A stretch of DNA of 64,000 bases from Chiloscyllium plagiosum. Its lineage: Eukaryota. The DNA lies in NCBI RefSeq assembly GCF_004010195.1, contig NC_057719.1, forward strand, positions 2,017,280 through 2,081,279, read 5' to 3'. Under the pieces are notes generated by a model. It saw only the letters and a list, made by a program, of their open reading frames with translations, ran no database searches and was not told where the DNA came from. Numbering within the stretch: the stretch's first letter is position 1; every line of letters begins with the position of its first letter. Position numbers and translations under genes: made by a program. Below are positions 11,072 to 23,462 of this stretch, in pieces.

Positions 11072-11896
11072 GTTGTGTGAATCAGGTGATGCATCCAAAT
11101 AAACCTGTTCGACTATAATCTGGTGGCATGTGACTTCAGATTTTGGAATGGTTGGGTAAAACTCCCAGAAACTCCCTCTGTAACATCATTGCAGCAATTC
11201 AAGGAGGCAGTTCACCACCATCACCTCACAGGTAATCAGGGATAAGCAATAAACGCTGGCCCAGCCAGCAGCATCCACATCCCCTTAACAAATTCTTTTT
11301 TAATGCCATGATATATTCCTGATATTGATAATCACATCACAATCTCCCTCTTCAATGAAATTAGCGATTATTTTTAAGAAGTTGTTCAAAGGATATGGCC
11401 GTAGCTGACAGAGCCAGCATTTATTGCCCATCCCCTAATTACTCGTGAGAAGGCAGTGGCTGCTTTCTTGAACTGCTGCAGTCCATTTGGCATATTGTCC
11501 CTAATTGTTAAGACAGCATTTAAGAGTCATGGGTAGACCTCACCGGGCAAGAAGAGTGCATTTCTTTCCCTTGAGGACATTGGTGAACCAGATGGGGTTT
11601 TCACAGTTTGCAGAAGAAGGTAATTCAGCCTATCATGTCAGTACCATTTGTTAAATATTCATTCACGGTACAAGGACATCACTGGCCAGGCCATCATTTA
11701 TTGCCTATCCCTAAATACCCAGAGGGCAGTTAAGAGTCACCCACATTGCTGTTGGTCTGGAGTCACATGTAGGCCTGACCAGGTAAAGATGGCAGTCTCC
11801 TTCCTTAAAGGGAACAGTGAGCCAACAATCTGGCAAGTGTTTCACAGTCATCATTAGAGTATCAATTTCAGACTTTTTTAATTCAAAGGGGCGGCG

Positions 11897-12201
11897 GGGC
11901 GGCACAGTGGCACAGTGGTTAGCACTGCTGCCTCACAGCACCAGGGACCCGGGTTCGATTCCAGCCGCAGGCGACTCTCTGTGTGGAGTTTGCACATTCT
12001 CCCTGTGTCTGCGTGGGTTTCCTCCGGGTGCTCCGGTTTCCTCCCACAGTCCAAAGATGTGCAGGTCAGGTGAATTGGCCATGCTAAATTGCCCGTAGTG
12101 TTAGGTGCATTAGTCAGGGGTAGGTTACTCTTGGTTGGGTTGGTGTGGACTTGTTGGGCTGAAGGGCCTATTTGCATTCTATAGGGAATCTAATCTAATC
12201 A
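11897..12201 (+). mobile_element. HE1-type tRNA-derived SINE, full length
   Basis: A box TGGCACAGTGGTTAG, B box GGTTCGATTCC, central gtgtggagtttgcacattctcc, (aatct)n tail. Confidence 0.9.
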
Positions 12202-12429
12202 AATTCCACCATCTGCTGGGGTGGGATTCAAACCCAGGTCCCCAGAACATTACCTGGGTCTCTGGATTAACAGTCCAACAATTATACCACTAAGTCGTCC
12301 CCTCCACATTATCCCCTTGTGCCAATCTCCTGCCTTTTCTCCATATTCTTGCATACGACTTCTATCCAAATAACCATCCCATGCCCACCTTGAATGTCCA
12401 ATTGAAACTCCTCCACCATATTTCTGGTA

Positions 12430-12598
12430 GAAAGTGAGGACTGCAGATGTTGAAGATCAGACTCGAGAATGTGGTGCTGGAAAAACACAGCAGGTCAGGC
12501 AGCATCCGAGGAACAGGAGAGTCGATGAAATGGCAATTCTCCTGCTCCTCAGATGCTGCCTGACCTGCTGTGTTTTTCCAGCACCACACTCTCGACTC
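12430..12598. mobile_element. Palindromic Penelope-derived short element (family A)
   Basis: Inverted arms gtggtgctggaaaaacacagcaggtcaggcagcatc and its reverse complement; imperfect direct repeats ctccaccat.tttc on both flanks. Confidence 0.8.
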
Positions 12599-13094
12599 CA
12601 CCATCTTTCCAGGTAATGCATTCCAATTTGAACCACGATGATTAAATGGCACCAGTAGGCTAGTTTTTAATCCAAATTTATATTGAGTTCAAATGTCACC
12701 ATCTGATTTGAACCCATGTTGCCAGAATGTTAGCCTGGAATTCCATTAGTTCAGTCACTACAACACAACCTCACCATATACTGTTTTTCTCCATGCTGAA
12801 GTGAATTGTTCATCCAAAATCATTATGATGCAACTCCTTCAAGCACCAGTGGAGTTGTACCAAGTCTTATTAATTTTCTATGTTAAAGTTTTATTGGGTT
12901 TATATATATATATATATTAAATGACTCTAGGCTGTGCTTGGCATTGCTATTCTCTAAATATTTGTAGGGGAGGTTTGACCCAGCTCTCTAAAAGCCTCTC
13001 CACAGTGTGGCCTCCATTGGTCTCTCTTGTCATGCATTGATTTGCACACAGTAAGCTCTAGGACACCTCTAGATGCACAGCTTTTGTTTTCCTG

Positions 13095-13340
13095 CTCCGC
13101 CTCCCACTCCACCAAGGACATGCAGGTCCTTGGACTCCTCCATCGCCAGACCATAGCAACACGTCGGCTGGAGGAAGAGCGCCTCATCTTCCGCCTAGGA
13201 ACCCTCCAACCACAAAGAATGAACTCAGATTTCTCCAGTTTCCTCATTTCCCCTCCCCCCACCTTGTCTCAGTCCCAACCCTTGAACTCATCCTTGGATG
13301 CTGCCTGACCTGCTGCGCTTTTCCAGCAGCACATTTTCAG
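13095..13340 (+). mobile_element. Penelope-like element 3' remnant (GIY-YIG endonuclease C-terminus plus pseudo-LTR sequence)
   Basis: Encodes SHSTKDMQVLGLLHRQTIATRRLEEERLIFRLGTLQPQRMNSDF, the R..EE..IF.L.TL.P.G.N signature of PLE ORF ends. It continues into the family-A sequence ggatgctgcctgacctgctgcgcttttccagca. Confidence 0.8.
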
Positions 13341-13614
13341 TTTTGTAGATTGAATAGGTCAATTTCAGTTTGCAATAGTAAAATTTCCATTCGCACAACC
13401 GCGATATGTTCTATCTCAGCCCTCCCTCTTCCTGCTGTACTGTCTCTAAGCTATTGGATTAATTTGCCCAACAATCAGAAATAAGTAGAAACTGCCTTCA
13501 ATTAAACATTGGGTAGATCAAAGCCATTAACCTTAGTCCTCACCAAAAACTCCATTCTATAGCTGCTGATTTTCACCTAGGACCTGAATCAGGCTCTTTG
13601 CAATCTTTGTGTCA

Positions 13615-14260
13615 AATAAACGAAAGAACAAAGAGAGGTACAGGACAGGAACAGACCCTTCAGCCCTCCAAGCTTGTTCCCATCATCACGCCCTAATTAA
13701 ACTAAGAAACAAATCTGCCCTTATTCAGTCCATATCCCTCCATTCCTGAAGAAGGGCTCATGCCCGAAACGTCGATTCTCCTGCTCCTTGGATGCTGCCT
13801 GACCTGCTGCGCTTTTCCAGCAACACATTTTCAGCTCATATCCCTCTATTCCCTCCCTATTCATGTAACCATCCAGATCCCTCCTAAACTGCATGCTTCC
13901 ATCTTCTGGCAGCGCGCTCCAGGCTCCTAGCGCGCTCTGAGTGAAATACTTCCCTCGCACATCTCCCTTAAACTTTCCCCCTCCCCTCACCATGAACCTG
14001 TGCCCCCTTGTAATTGAAACGTCAACCCTGGGGAAAAGCCTCTGACTATCCACCTTGTCTATGCCCCATATAATCGTGTAGGCCTCCTAGGTCTCCTCTC
14101 AGCTGCTATCTTTCCAGTGAAAACAATCCTAGGCTTTGTAACCTTCCCCATAACTAATGCCCTCGAGACTAGGCAACATCCTGGTGAACCTTCTCTGTAC
14201 TCTGTCTCTAAAGTTTCTGCATCCTTCTGGTAGTGTGGTGATCAAAACTGCACACAATAT
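13615..14260 (-). mobile_element. CR1 LINE 3' end with a nested family-A Penelope fragment
   Basis: Minus ORF SQRLFPRV...TRGHRF.VRGGKFKGDVRGKYFTQ. Confidence 0.8.
13742..13777 (+). ncRNA. Minimal hammerhead ribozyme motif (family A), intact core
   Basis: AUUC-CUGAAGA-A-GGGC-UCAU-GCCC-GAAAC-GUC-GAUU. Perfect stem II, palindromic ACGU stem III, GUC cleavage triplet. Confidence 0.7.
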
Positions 14261-16384
14261 CATGTCTTATCTTCAAATGATATTCTGAAGATATTCTTTT
14301 CTTTATTTTTTTCGTGTGATGTGGGCATCACGGGCAAGACCAGCATTTGTTGCCCTTTCATGATTGCCCTTGAACTGAGTGGCTTGCCAGGCTATGTCAG
14401 AGTCCAACATATTTAAGAGTTGCATTTGGGTGGCATCTCAAGGGTTTGAGGTCAGATGTTAGCCAGGTAAGGCCAGCAGTTTCTGTGGGTAGCAATCGGC
14501 TAATGCTGGAAATGGGGAATCTACCTAATGAGAAGGTTGAACCCGTACTTGTTGGATTCTAAAAGAATGAGTGATAACCTGACCAGTCACGATCAAATGG
14601 TGGAGCAGACTTGATGGGCTGAATGGTCTAATTATAGAATCCTACAGCACAGAGACAGGCCCTTTGGCCCAAACTGGTCCAAAATGTCTCCTATATCTTA
14701 TGGTCTTATAATAATCAAGAATATATTCACCTCTTGCCTTAAACATGTTTCAAGAGTCTGCAACCACTGCTTTTTGAGGAAGAGAATTCCAAACATTCAT
14801 AACTCTCTGAGAGAAAAAATTATTTCCCATCCCTGTGGCCCTTGTTTATAAACTTCCCAACAATATCAATGTGATGATTAAAGCTGCCCATATCCAACAC
14901 TGACATCTGACTTGACTTCATCGCCATCTCAGTTCATCTGCTGCTGAAATCTTCAGTTATGTCGTCACTATCCCTTCGAATGCACTGTTGTCTGGAATCC
15001 CAGATCTATCCCCCATCAACTTGGGGTCCTCCGAAGTTCTGCTACCCAGGCCCTTGTCTCATTGACCTTCGCTCACCAGCTTTCACTTAAGTAACATCTT
15101 GTTTCCGAAAGTCTAATCCTTGTTTCCAAATTGCTCCATGATTTTGTCCCAACCCACCCCTGAAACCGCCCCCATCCCCACGATCCTTTGTGACCTCTGG
15201 CCTCTTGTGAATCCCTAATTTTAATCATACTGCCTGTGGTAAGTGTGCCTAAACTGTGCTCTGAAATTCCTGGCCTCGATCTCCCTGTCACTTGATTTTA
15301 CTCTCTCTCTTCCTTAAACCTACACAGAATATGCAACAAAAAAAATCCTTTGGGTCCTGGAAAAATGAAAACCCTTATTAACCGGGATAGCGGTACTGGC
15401 ACCTTCCAAACCCAGCAACTAGACTAATCACAGAGAATGCTGTCAGTCTTTTAAACTGGAGTGCATTATCTGAAGCTTTTTTGAAGAGCTGGTGCAGTTA
15501 CAATGGATCAAACGGCCCTCATCTGGGCTGTAAGACTCAATAATTCTATTCCATTCGGATTTCTGAATCTCTGCCTGACCAGGGATCCTCTGTGTGACCC
15601 AATGGCGGATGTAAGCTGTACCTCAGCAGATTGTCAGTGTCAGTGTGGAGAAAGCAACCCTGAATTATTCATCCTTATACATGAGGCTCTATTGCACAGG
15701 ATATAATCTTCATTACCCTGATAGATTACGTCTGTTATCAAACAGAATGTCACTGGCCTTTCAAAAGGACTTAAAGTGATTACCAGATACAAATGGTGTA
15801 CACAGGGTGAAGTTTAATTTCTGATGTGTCTATATTGATGTATGGCTATACCCATATCCTACAGGTGCCTTCTACAGAGTGAGTGTTGTTTTTGGGCATT
15901 GTTGTGATGTGCCCCTGACAGGCCAGACATGGAGCAGGAACTTGTCCATTCACCTTCAGAATCGCAATGTTATGGAGGGAGGGAGGGAGAGGGGGGGGGG
16001 GGGGGGTCAAGTTCCAGTCCAGAGAGCAGAGCATGAAGTTGATGATGACACAATTGCAGTGCTGAGGGAGGGCTGAAGGGTCAGAGGTGTTCTCACCCTC
16101 ACCCTGTCTGTCCCCTCGGCTGGTGACTCTTCGAGATTTCAGCGACATTCCGCCCACAGTCAACAACATAACAGAAACTGACTGGCTGGTCACTTGTCAT
16201 ATGACAGTTTACACAGAAACTAAGAGGAGGAGTAGGCCATTCAGCCCCTCGAGTCTCTTCTGCTGTTGAACATGATCACGACTGATTGTCTGTCTCAATG
16301 CTGTATTCCCACTTTCTCCCCAAACCCTTCGATGCCTGTAAAATCTAAAAAAAAGTCTATTTCTTTCTTGAACAAACATCCCTA

Positions 16385-16608
16385 GGAGAAAGTGAGGACT
16401 GCAGATGCTGGACTGTCAGAGTTGAAAAGTTTGGTGCTGGAAAAGCCCAGCAGGTCAGGCAGTATCCGAGGAGCCGGCGGGTTGATGAAGGGCTTTTGCC
16501 CGAGGCATCGATTTTCCTGCTCCTCGGATGCTGCCTGACCTGCTGTGCTTTTCCAGCACCACTCTGATCTAAACTCTGGTTTCCAGAATCTGCAGTACCC
16601 ACTTTTGC
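16385..16608. mobile_element. Palindromic Penelope-derived short element (family A)
   Basis: Inverted arms around a degenerate core ttgatgaagggcttttgcccgaggc. Confidence 0.8.
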
Positions 16609-17399
16609 CTGGAGTCACATGTAGGCCAGACCAGGTAAGGACAGCAGATTTCCCTCCCTGAAGAACATTAGTCAACCAGATGGCTTTTTGTGACAGTGGT
16701 CACCATTAGAGTGACTTTTTATTCCAGATATTTTATTGAATTTGAATTTCACCATCTGTCAGGATGGGATTTGAACCCATGACCCAGAACATTAGTCTTG
16801 AATTCTGCGTTACTGGTCCAGTCTCATAGAACGTAGAACATAGAACAGTACATCACTTCAGCCCTCGATGTTGTGCCAGTCCTTTATCCTAGTCATTGCT
16901 GTGATGTCATCATCTCCTCAGCACCAGCTCATATGTGCGTATATATTGCTATAGACAAGCTCAGTAGTCCATATATGTCTTATTGTATGGGGACATGGTA
17001 TCATATAGATATGTAGGTACCTTAATCATCAAGGTTTACAAAGAAGGATTTTCAGACTGTCAGGTCAGTGCTGGTCAAAACCAGCCACCCTGTAAATATT
17101 TAAACTTTATGATGACGTTTAATATATGAGGTAGAGGCAAGTTATAAATACCATTAAGCATAATTTGGAAAACTTTTTAATGTTAACACTAGCTTTCTGA
17201 CTTCAGTTCTGTCCTTCCACACAGTTCACCATTTCTTCTGTGGTGCCCATTCTCAGTCAGTTTTAGCATCTGAAACAAAATGAAAATAACTTTAAAGCAA
17301 CATTAACAGCACAAACTTTACAATTTGTGCCAATTGTGCTTTGCTCCTATCAAGTTAAGGTTATTAAAGTTTGAAAGTGCCCCGGGTCTTAACAAAAAC

Positions 17400-17485
17400 A
17401 GACACTGAGTCATTTGTGATTCAGCATTAAGTGTACGTCACTGTCCATCACCAACCAAACCATTACTCCTGGTGACGTCATCAAG
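17400..17485. promoter_or_regulatory. Candidate bZIP (AP-1/CRE) motif cluster
   Basis: TGAGTCA 17406-17412, TGATTCA 17417-17423, TACGTCA 17434-17440 and TGACGTCA 17473-17480 in non-repeat DNA. Confidence 0.35.
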
Positions 17486-17593
17486 ACTTTCCAGATAAAA
17501 TATTATCAGTATAGATCATCCAGACTGGCTAGGATTATAAGATTACAGAAAGTAAACATTGCGGCTAGAGCCAGTGGGATTTTAAAAGTTATT

Positions 17594-18128
17594 GAGTCAT
17601 AGAGTCCTACAGCTCAGAAACGGACCCTTCGGTCCAACCAGTCCAGGCTGCCCATAATCCCCAACTAAACTAGTCCCTAACCAAAAGAGAAAATGCTGGA
17701 AAATCTCAGCAGGTCTGGCAGCATCTGTAAAGAGAGAACAGAGCTGACGTTTCAAGTCTAACTGACCCTTTGTCAAAGTTAGTCCAACCTGCCTGCACTT
17801 GGTCCATATGCCTCCAAACCTTTCCTGTTCATGTACTTATCCAAATGTCTTTTAAACATTGCAACTGTACTCTCATCCACCATTTCTTCAGGATGTTCAC
17901 GCCACTCTCTGTGTAAAAAAAATTACCCTCATGTCTTTTTTAAATCTTTCTCCTCTCATCTTAAAAATACATGCCCCAGTCTTGACATTCCCCACCCAGG
18001 GGAAAGCCACCTGCCATTTACTTTATTTATGCCCCTCATGATTTTATTAACCTCTATAAGGTCACCCCTCAACCTCCGACCCTCCACGGAAAACAGCCCC
18101 AGCCTATCCATCCTCTCCTTATAATTCA
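17594..18128 (-). mobile_element. CR1 LINE 3' end with a nested short element
   Basis: Reverse complement of the CR1 3' UTR and RT end (ataaggtcacccctcaacctcc). Confidence 0.8.
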
Positions 18129-18884
18129 AGTTATGGAGAGTGAGTAGGAGAGTGTGATCAGACAGAGTGGCTCATGCAGAAACCAACACTGGCGCTGAGC
18201 TGATGGGCTGAACAGCCTGATTACTGGACAATCCCATAAAATGTCACTGGCATTTACTGTCCAACTATCAGATACCAGAGGGGACACAACATCCAGTCCA
18301 CAGGAATCCAGAGAGGGTCAGGACTGAGTCACATCAGCTCCAGCTTTGAGACTATGACACTGTTTTAATCCCAAACCATATCCACTGACCTTCAGCAGTG
18401 AACACCCCTCATCAGTGACGATGTTTCAGTATCTTAAAGGGTTGTCCTCTTCTTCATTACCAGGATCACATCATTAATAATCTAAAAAGAAGTCTTAAAA
18501 CTGTGTTGAACGATTAATGTATATTTACGGAACAATTTGCACAACCTGAACATGTCTGAAAGTGTTTTACAGCCAATGAAATATTTGTCAGGAGTTAACA
18601 TTATGGTGATGGAGGACGTAGCAAGCTCACACAAACAGCAATGTGGAAGTGATAACAGAAGAGATGGTGATGTCAGTAAATTGGTGACCCAGGCTAATGC
18701 TTTGTGGAACAGATTCAGATCCCACTGCAGGGAGCTGGTCACATTTAAATTCATTGAATAAAGATCGAATTTAAAGCCGTTCTCAGTAATTGTGACTCTC
18801 ACAACTTAATTGCTGGTAACATCTCATCTGGCTCTCTGCTATAAAATGATCCATTCTCTCAAGAAAAATGAAAAAAGCTGCATA

Positions 18885-20830
18885 TTATCGAAATAGTGAG
18901 AGACTCGAGAGCTCTGGGATGCAGACGGGCCTGAGTAAGGATCACAGAAGGTTAGTGTGCACTTACAGTAAGTAATCAGGAAAGCTCATAGAATAGTATC
19001 ATTTTTTGCAATGGGAATTAAAAGCAAGAATAGGGAGGTTTTGTTTCACCTATACAGGGCATTGGTGAGACCACATCTGGAGTAATACATACAGTATATA
19101 TTTCTGAAGAAGAGTCATTAAGGTTTGATTAGGCCACTGTTGGAATATTGTGTGCAATTCTGTCTCCTTCCTATCGGAAAGATGTTGTGAAACTTGAAAG
19201 GGTTCAGAAAAGATTTACAAGGATGTTGCCAGGGTTAGAGGATCTGAGCTATAGGGAGAGGCTGAATAGGCTGGAGCTGTTTCCCTGGAGCGTCGGAGGC
19301 TGAGGGGTGACCTTATAGAGATTTATAAAATTATGAGGGGCAAGGTCTTTTCCCTGGGGTGGGGGAATTCAGAACTAGAGGGCATAGGTTTAGGGTGAGA
19401 GGGGAAAAATTTAAAAGCGACCTAAGGAGCAACTTTTCCACGCAGAGGGTGGTGCATGTACAGAATGAGCTGCCAGAGGAAGTGGTGGAGGCTGGTACAA
19501 TTATTACATTTAAAAGGCAGCTGAATGGGTACATGAATAGGAAGGGATTGGAGGGATATGGGCCGGGTGCTGGCAAATGAGACTAGATTAATTTAGGATA
19601 TCTGGTTGGCATGGATGAGTTGAACCAAAAGATCTGTTTCCGTGCTGTGTATTTCTATGTCGCTATGAATGGTGCAGGAGGGGCTGAATGGCCTCACCTG
19701 CTTCTATTTTCTATGTTTCTCTCTGGCCTCTCCTGAGAGCCTTTTATGTGGTTATGTTGAGTAGAATTCTTTTCCTTTTAAACTAGATTAGTTTAAGATA
19801 TCTGCTCAGCATGGATAAGCTGGACTGAGGGTCTGTTTCCGTGCTGTACATGCCTATGACTTAATGACTCTAATAGTATCATTTTTTGCAATGGCAATTG
19901 AAAGCAAGAGTAGGGTGGTCATGTTTCAGTTATACAAACAGTTGGTGAGACCACATCTGGAGTAATATGTACAGTGTATGATTCTGAGGAAGTGTTGTGA
20001 AGTGTTGTGAAGTCTTAACACTGTCTTTCTCTGTCCACAGATGCTAACACAGCTGCTGAGTTTCTCCAGCATTCTCTGTGTCTGTTCAGATTTTCAGCAA
20101 CCGCAGTAATTTGCCCTTTTTAAAATTATATTACTGTGTACAGTGTTGGTCATCTTATTTAAGGAAGGGCTAAGCTGGATCAGTCCAGGGAAGGGTTTAA
20201 GAAGCGTGGTGCTGGAAAAGCACAGCCAGTCAGGCAGCATCCAAGGAGCAGGAGAGTCAACGTTTTGGGCATAAGCTCTTCACCAGGAATGGCACGTATG
20301 CCCAAAACGTCGACTCTCCGGCTCCTTGGATGCTGCCTGACTGGCTGTGCTTTTTCAGCACCACAACGTTTTGACTCTCATCTCCAGCACCTGCAGTCCT
20401 CACTTTCTCTTCAGGGAAGGGTTTACCCAATGAATACCAGAGGAAAGATTGGGTGGGCTGTGTTTGTATCCACTGAAATGTTCAAGAGTGTGAGGTGACT
20501 TGATTGAAACAGATACGATCCCGGGAGGGTCTCAATAGGGATGATGCGGAGAGGATGAGGGAGAATCTCGAACGAGGGGTCTCTGTTTACACATCAGGGG
20601 TCAGCCATTTAAAAGAGAGATGAGGAGAAGGTTTTTCGCTTGTAAAGTTGAGATTCTTTGGAACTCTGTCCCTGACAAACAATTGGAAGCAGGGTCTTGC
20701 AGTATTTTAAAAGCAGAACTGGATTCAGCAGAGGGGGTAAGAGATTATTGGGAAAGGCAGGAATGTGAGTTTGAGGTCACAGTCAGATGAACCATGAAGT
20801 TGTTAATACACAAGAGTTGGAATGGTTTAC
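18885..20830 (+). mobile_element. Old CR1 3' region with younger CR1 and Penelope-type insertions
   Basis: Several RPHLEY/CVQF-coding segments and 3' UTRs; younger CR1 at about 19125-19665. Confidence 0.75.
20200..20411. mobile_element. Palindromic Penelope-derived element with 14-bp TSD
   Basis: cagggaagggttta at 20186-20199 and 20412-20425 flanks the inverted arms. Confidence 0.85.
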
Positions 20831-21102
20831 TCCTGCTCCGAATTTGTGTGCAAGGTCCTTCAGGGAAGGAAAACTGCTGAGGTTTGTGATGCAAAGTGGT
20901 TGACTTTTAAATGTCTTTGAAATGGCCGAGCAAGCCCCTCAGTTCAGGGCAGCTCGGAAATGAGCAACAAATGCTGAGCTTACCAATGAAAGCACCCCAA
21001 ATAATCAAACAAAAATAAAATCACACAGATCCAAGTGTGGTTTGAGAGGTAAATATTGACCAGGGAGAACATGGATGACCACTGATAGAATCCACTGAAG
21101 AC

Positions 21103-21397
21103 AGACGGTGGCTCAGTGGTTAGCACTGCTGCCTCACAGCACCATGGTCCCAGGTTCGATCCCAGCCTCCTGCGACTCTCTGTGTGGAGTTTGCACATTC
21201 TCCCCGTGTCTGCGTGGGGATGCTCCGGTTTCCTCCCACAGTCCAAAGATGTGTGGGTCAGGTGAGTCAGCCAGGCTAAATTGCCCGTTGTGTTAGTCAG
21301 AGGGAAATGGGTCTGGGTGGGTTACTCTTCGGAGGGTCAGTGGGGACTGGTTGGGCCAAAGGGCCTGTTTCCGCACTGTAAGAAACTAATCTATCTA
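21103..21397 (+). mobile_element. HE1-type SINE
   Basis: A and B boxes, same body as 11897-12201. Confidence 0.9.
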
Positions 21398-21469
21398 AAG
21401 AAGCTGGGATGTGGGTTTTTTTACATTTTATCTGAGAATCTTTTACATTTTATCTGGTATCGGGAGGGA

Positions 21470-22472
21470 AAACGCTCCGCTGGTTGGAGTCATACCTGAC
21501 ACATAGGAAGATGATTGTGGTTGTTGGAGGTCAGTCATCTCAGCTCCAGGACATCCCTGCAGGGGTTCCTCAGGGGAGTGTCCAAGACCCAACCATCTTC
21601 AGCTGCTTCGCCAATGACCTTCCCTCCGTCATAATGTGATGATTGCATAGTATTCAGCACCATTCACGACTCCTCAGATACTGAAGCAGTCCATGTTCAA
21701 ATGCAACAAGATCTGGACAATATCCAGGTTTGTACTCATGAGTGGTACTTGCTCTCCACAAATGTCAGGCAATGACAATCTCCAATAAGAACCACCACCC
21801 CTTGGACATGCAAAGGTATTACCATCACAGAATCCCCCACTATCAACATCCTTGGGGTTACCATTGACTAGAATCGCAACTGGACTCACCATATAAACAC
21901 CGTGCCTACAAGAGCAGGCCAGAGGCTGGAATACTGCAGTGAGTAACTCACCTCCTGACTCCCCAAAGCCTGTCCACCATCTACACGGCACAAGTCAGGA
22001 GTGTGATGGAATCCTCTCCACTTGCCCTGGATGGGGGCAGCTCCAACAACACTCAAGGAGCTCGACACCATCCAGGACAAAGCAGCCGCTTGATTGGCAC
22101 CACATCCACAAACACCCACTCCCTCCATCACCGACACTCAGTAGCAGCAGTGTGTACCATCTACAAGATGCACTGCAGAAATTCACTAAATATCCTCAGA
22201 CAACACCTTCTAAACCCATGGTCACTTCCATCTAAAAGGACAAGGGCAGCAGATAATGGGAACACCACCCCCTGCAAGATCCCCTCCGAGCCCCTCACCA
22301 TCCTGACTTGGAAATATATCACCGTTCCTTCAGTGTCACTGGGTCAGAACCCTGGAATTCCCTCCCTCGGGGCATTGTGGGTCAACCCACAGCACATGGA
22401 CTGCAGCGGGTCAAAAAGGCAGCTCACCCCCACCTTCTCAAGGGGCAACTAGGGACGGGCAATAAATGCTGG
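21470..22472 (+). mobile_element. L2/CR1-group LINE, decayed RT and 3' end
   Basis: Encodes VVVGGQSSQLQDIPAGVPQGSVQDPTIFSCFANDLPS (RT PQGS motif) with frameshifts. Confidence 0.85.
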
Positions 22473-22519
22473 ATTTTATTTGCAACATGCTCTTAGCAAA
22501 TAATAAGAAACCCTTCAGA

Positions 22520-22775
22520 TGGGTATGGAGAAACCATCTGCTCTTTCATGTGGAAATGAAATACCGCATAGCCGGTCCTGGAAGCACAGGGGAGTGCTGC
22601 CTGAGCAATATTTAATTGTCCACGAACAGGTTCCCTTGTCATTGTTATATTGCTGCTTGTGTGAGCTGACTCTTTGCAGATTGGTTGCTGTGCTTGCTAC
22701 AGTGCAGCAGTGACATCACTTCAAAGCCACTTTATTGATTGCAAAGTTGTGAATTGTCACTATACAAATGCAATT
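22520..22775 (+). mobile_element. DeuSINE (SacSINE1-like) remnant
   Basis: gaagcacaggggagtgctgcctgagcaatattt...gcagattggttgctgtg...cacttcaaag...tatacaaatgcaa. Confidence 0.5.
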
Positions 22776-22972
22776 GGTTTCTCATACTCTTTCTAAAGAA
22801 CACCTGCCAATTTAGTGGTGATTATTAATTTAATGTTTAATCCAGGCAGCTATGTGATATGAGCTCAAACTAAAAGGGTATGTGTTGAACTCTTCACAAA
22901 TGAAAAACAGTACGCTCATGAGAGGACAGGCTGCTCCGGGTCTGTATGTGACTCCAGTCACTCTCAAATCAT

Positions 22973-23462
22973 GGGCACGGTGGCTCAGTGCTTAGCCCTG
23001 GTATCTCACAGCACCAGGTACCCGGGTTCGATTCCAGCCTCGGGCGACTGTCTGTGTAGAGTTTGCACATTAGATTAGATTAGATTACATTACAGTGTGG
23101 AAACAGGCCCTTCGGCCCAACAAGTCCACACCGACCCGCTGAAGTGCAATCCGCCCATTCCCCTACATTTACCCCTTTACCTAACACTACGGGCAATTTA
23201 GCATGGCCAATTCACCTAACCTGCACATCTTTGGACTGTGGGAGGAAACTGGAGCACCCGGAGGAAACCCACATTCTCCCTGTGTCAGCGTGGGTTTCCT
23301 CCGGGTGCTCCAGTTTCCTCCCACAATCCAAAGGTGTGCAGGTCAGGTGAATTGGCCATGGGAAATGCAGGGTTACAGGGATAAGGTCTGGGTGGGATGC
23401 TCTTCAGAGGGTCAGTATGATCTCAGGCCGAATGGCTTGCTCCCACACTATGGGGATTCTAT
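22973..23462 (+). mobile_element. HE1 SINE with an antisense HE1 3' part inserted
   Basis: Minus-strand HE1 tail at 23072-23269, flanked by cacatt (23066-23071 and 23270-23275). Confidence 0.85.

Noticed and set aside
11897..11970. tRNA-like sequence with A and B boxes
   Set aside because: Head of an HE1 SINE; it continues into the SINE body, occurs many times and lacks a proper acceptor stem.
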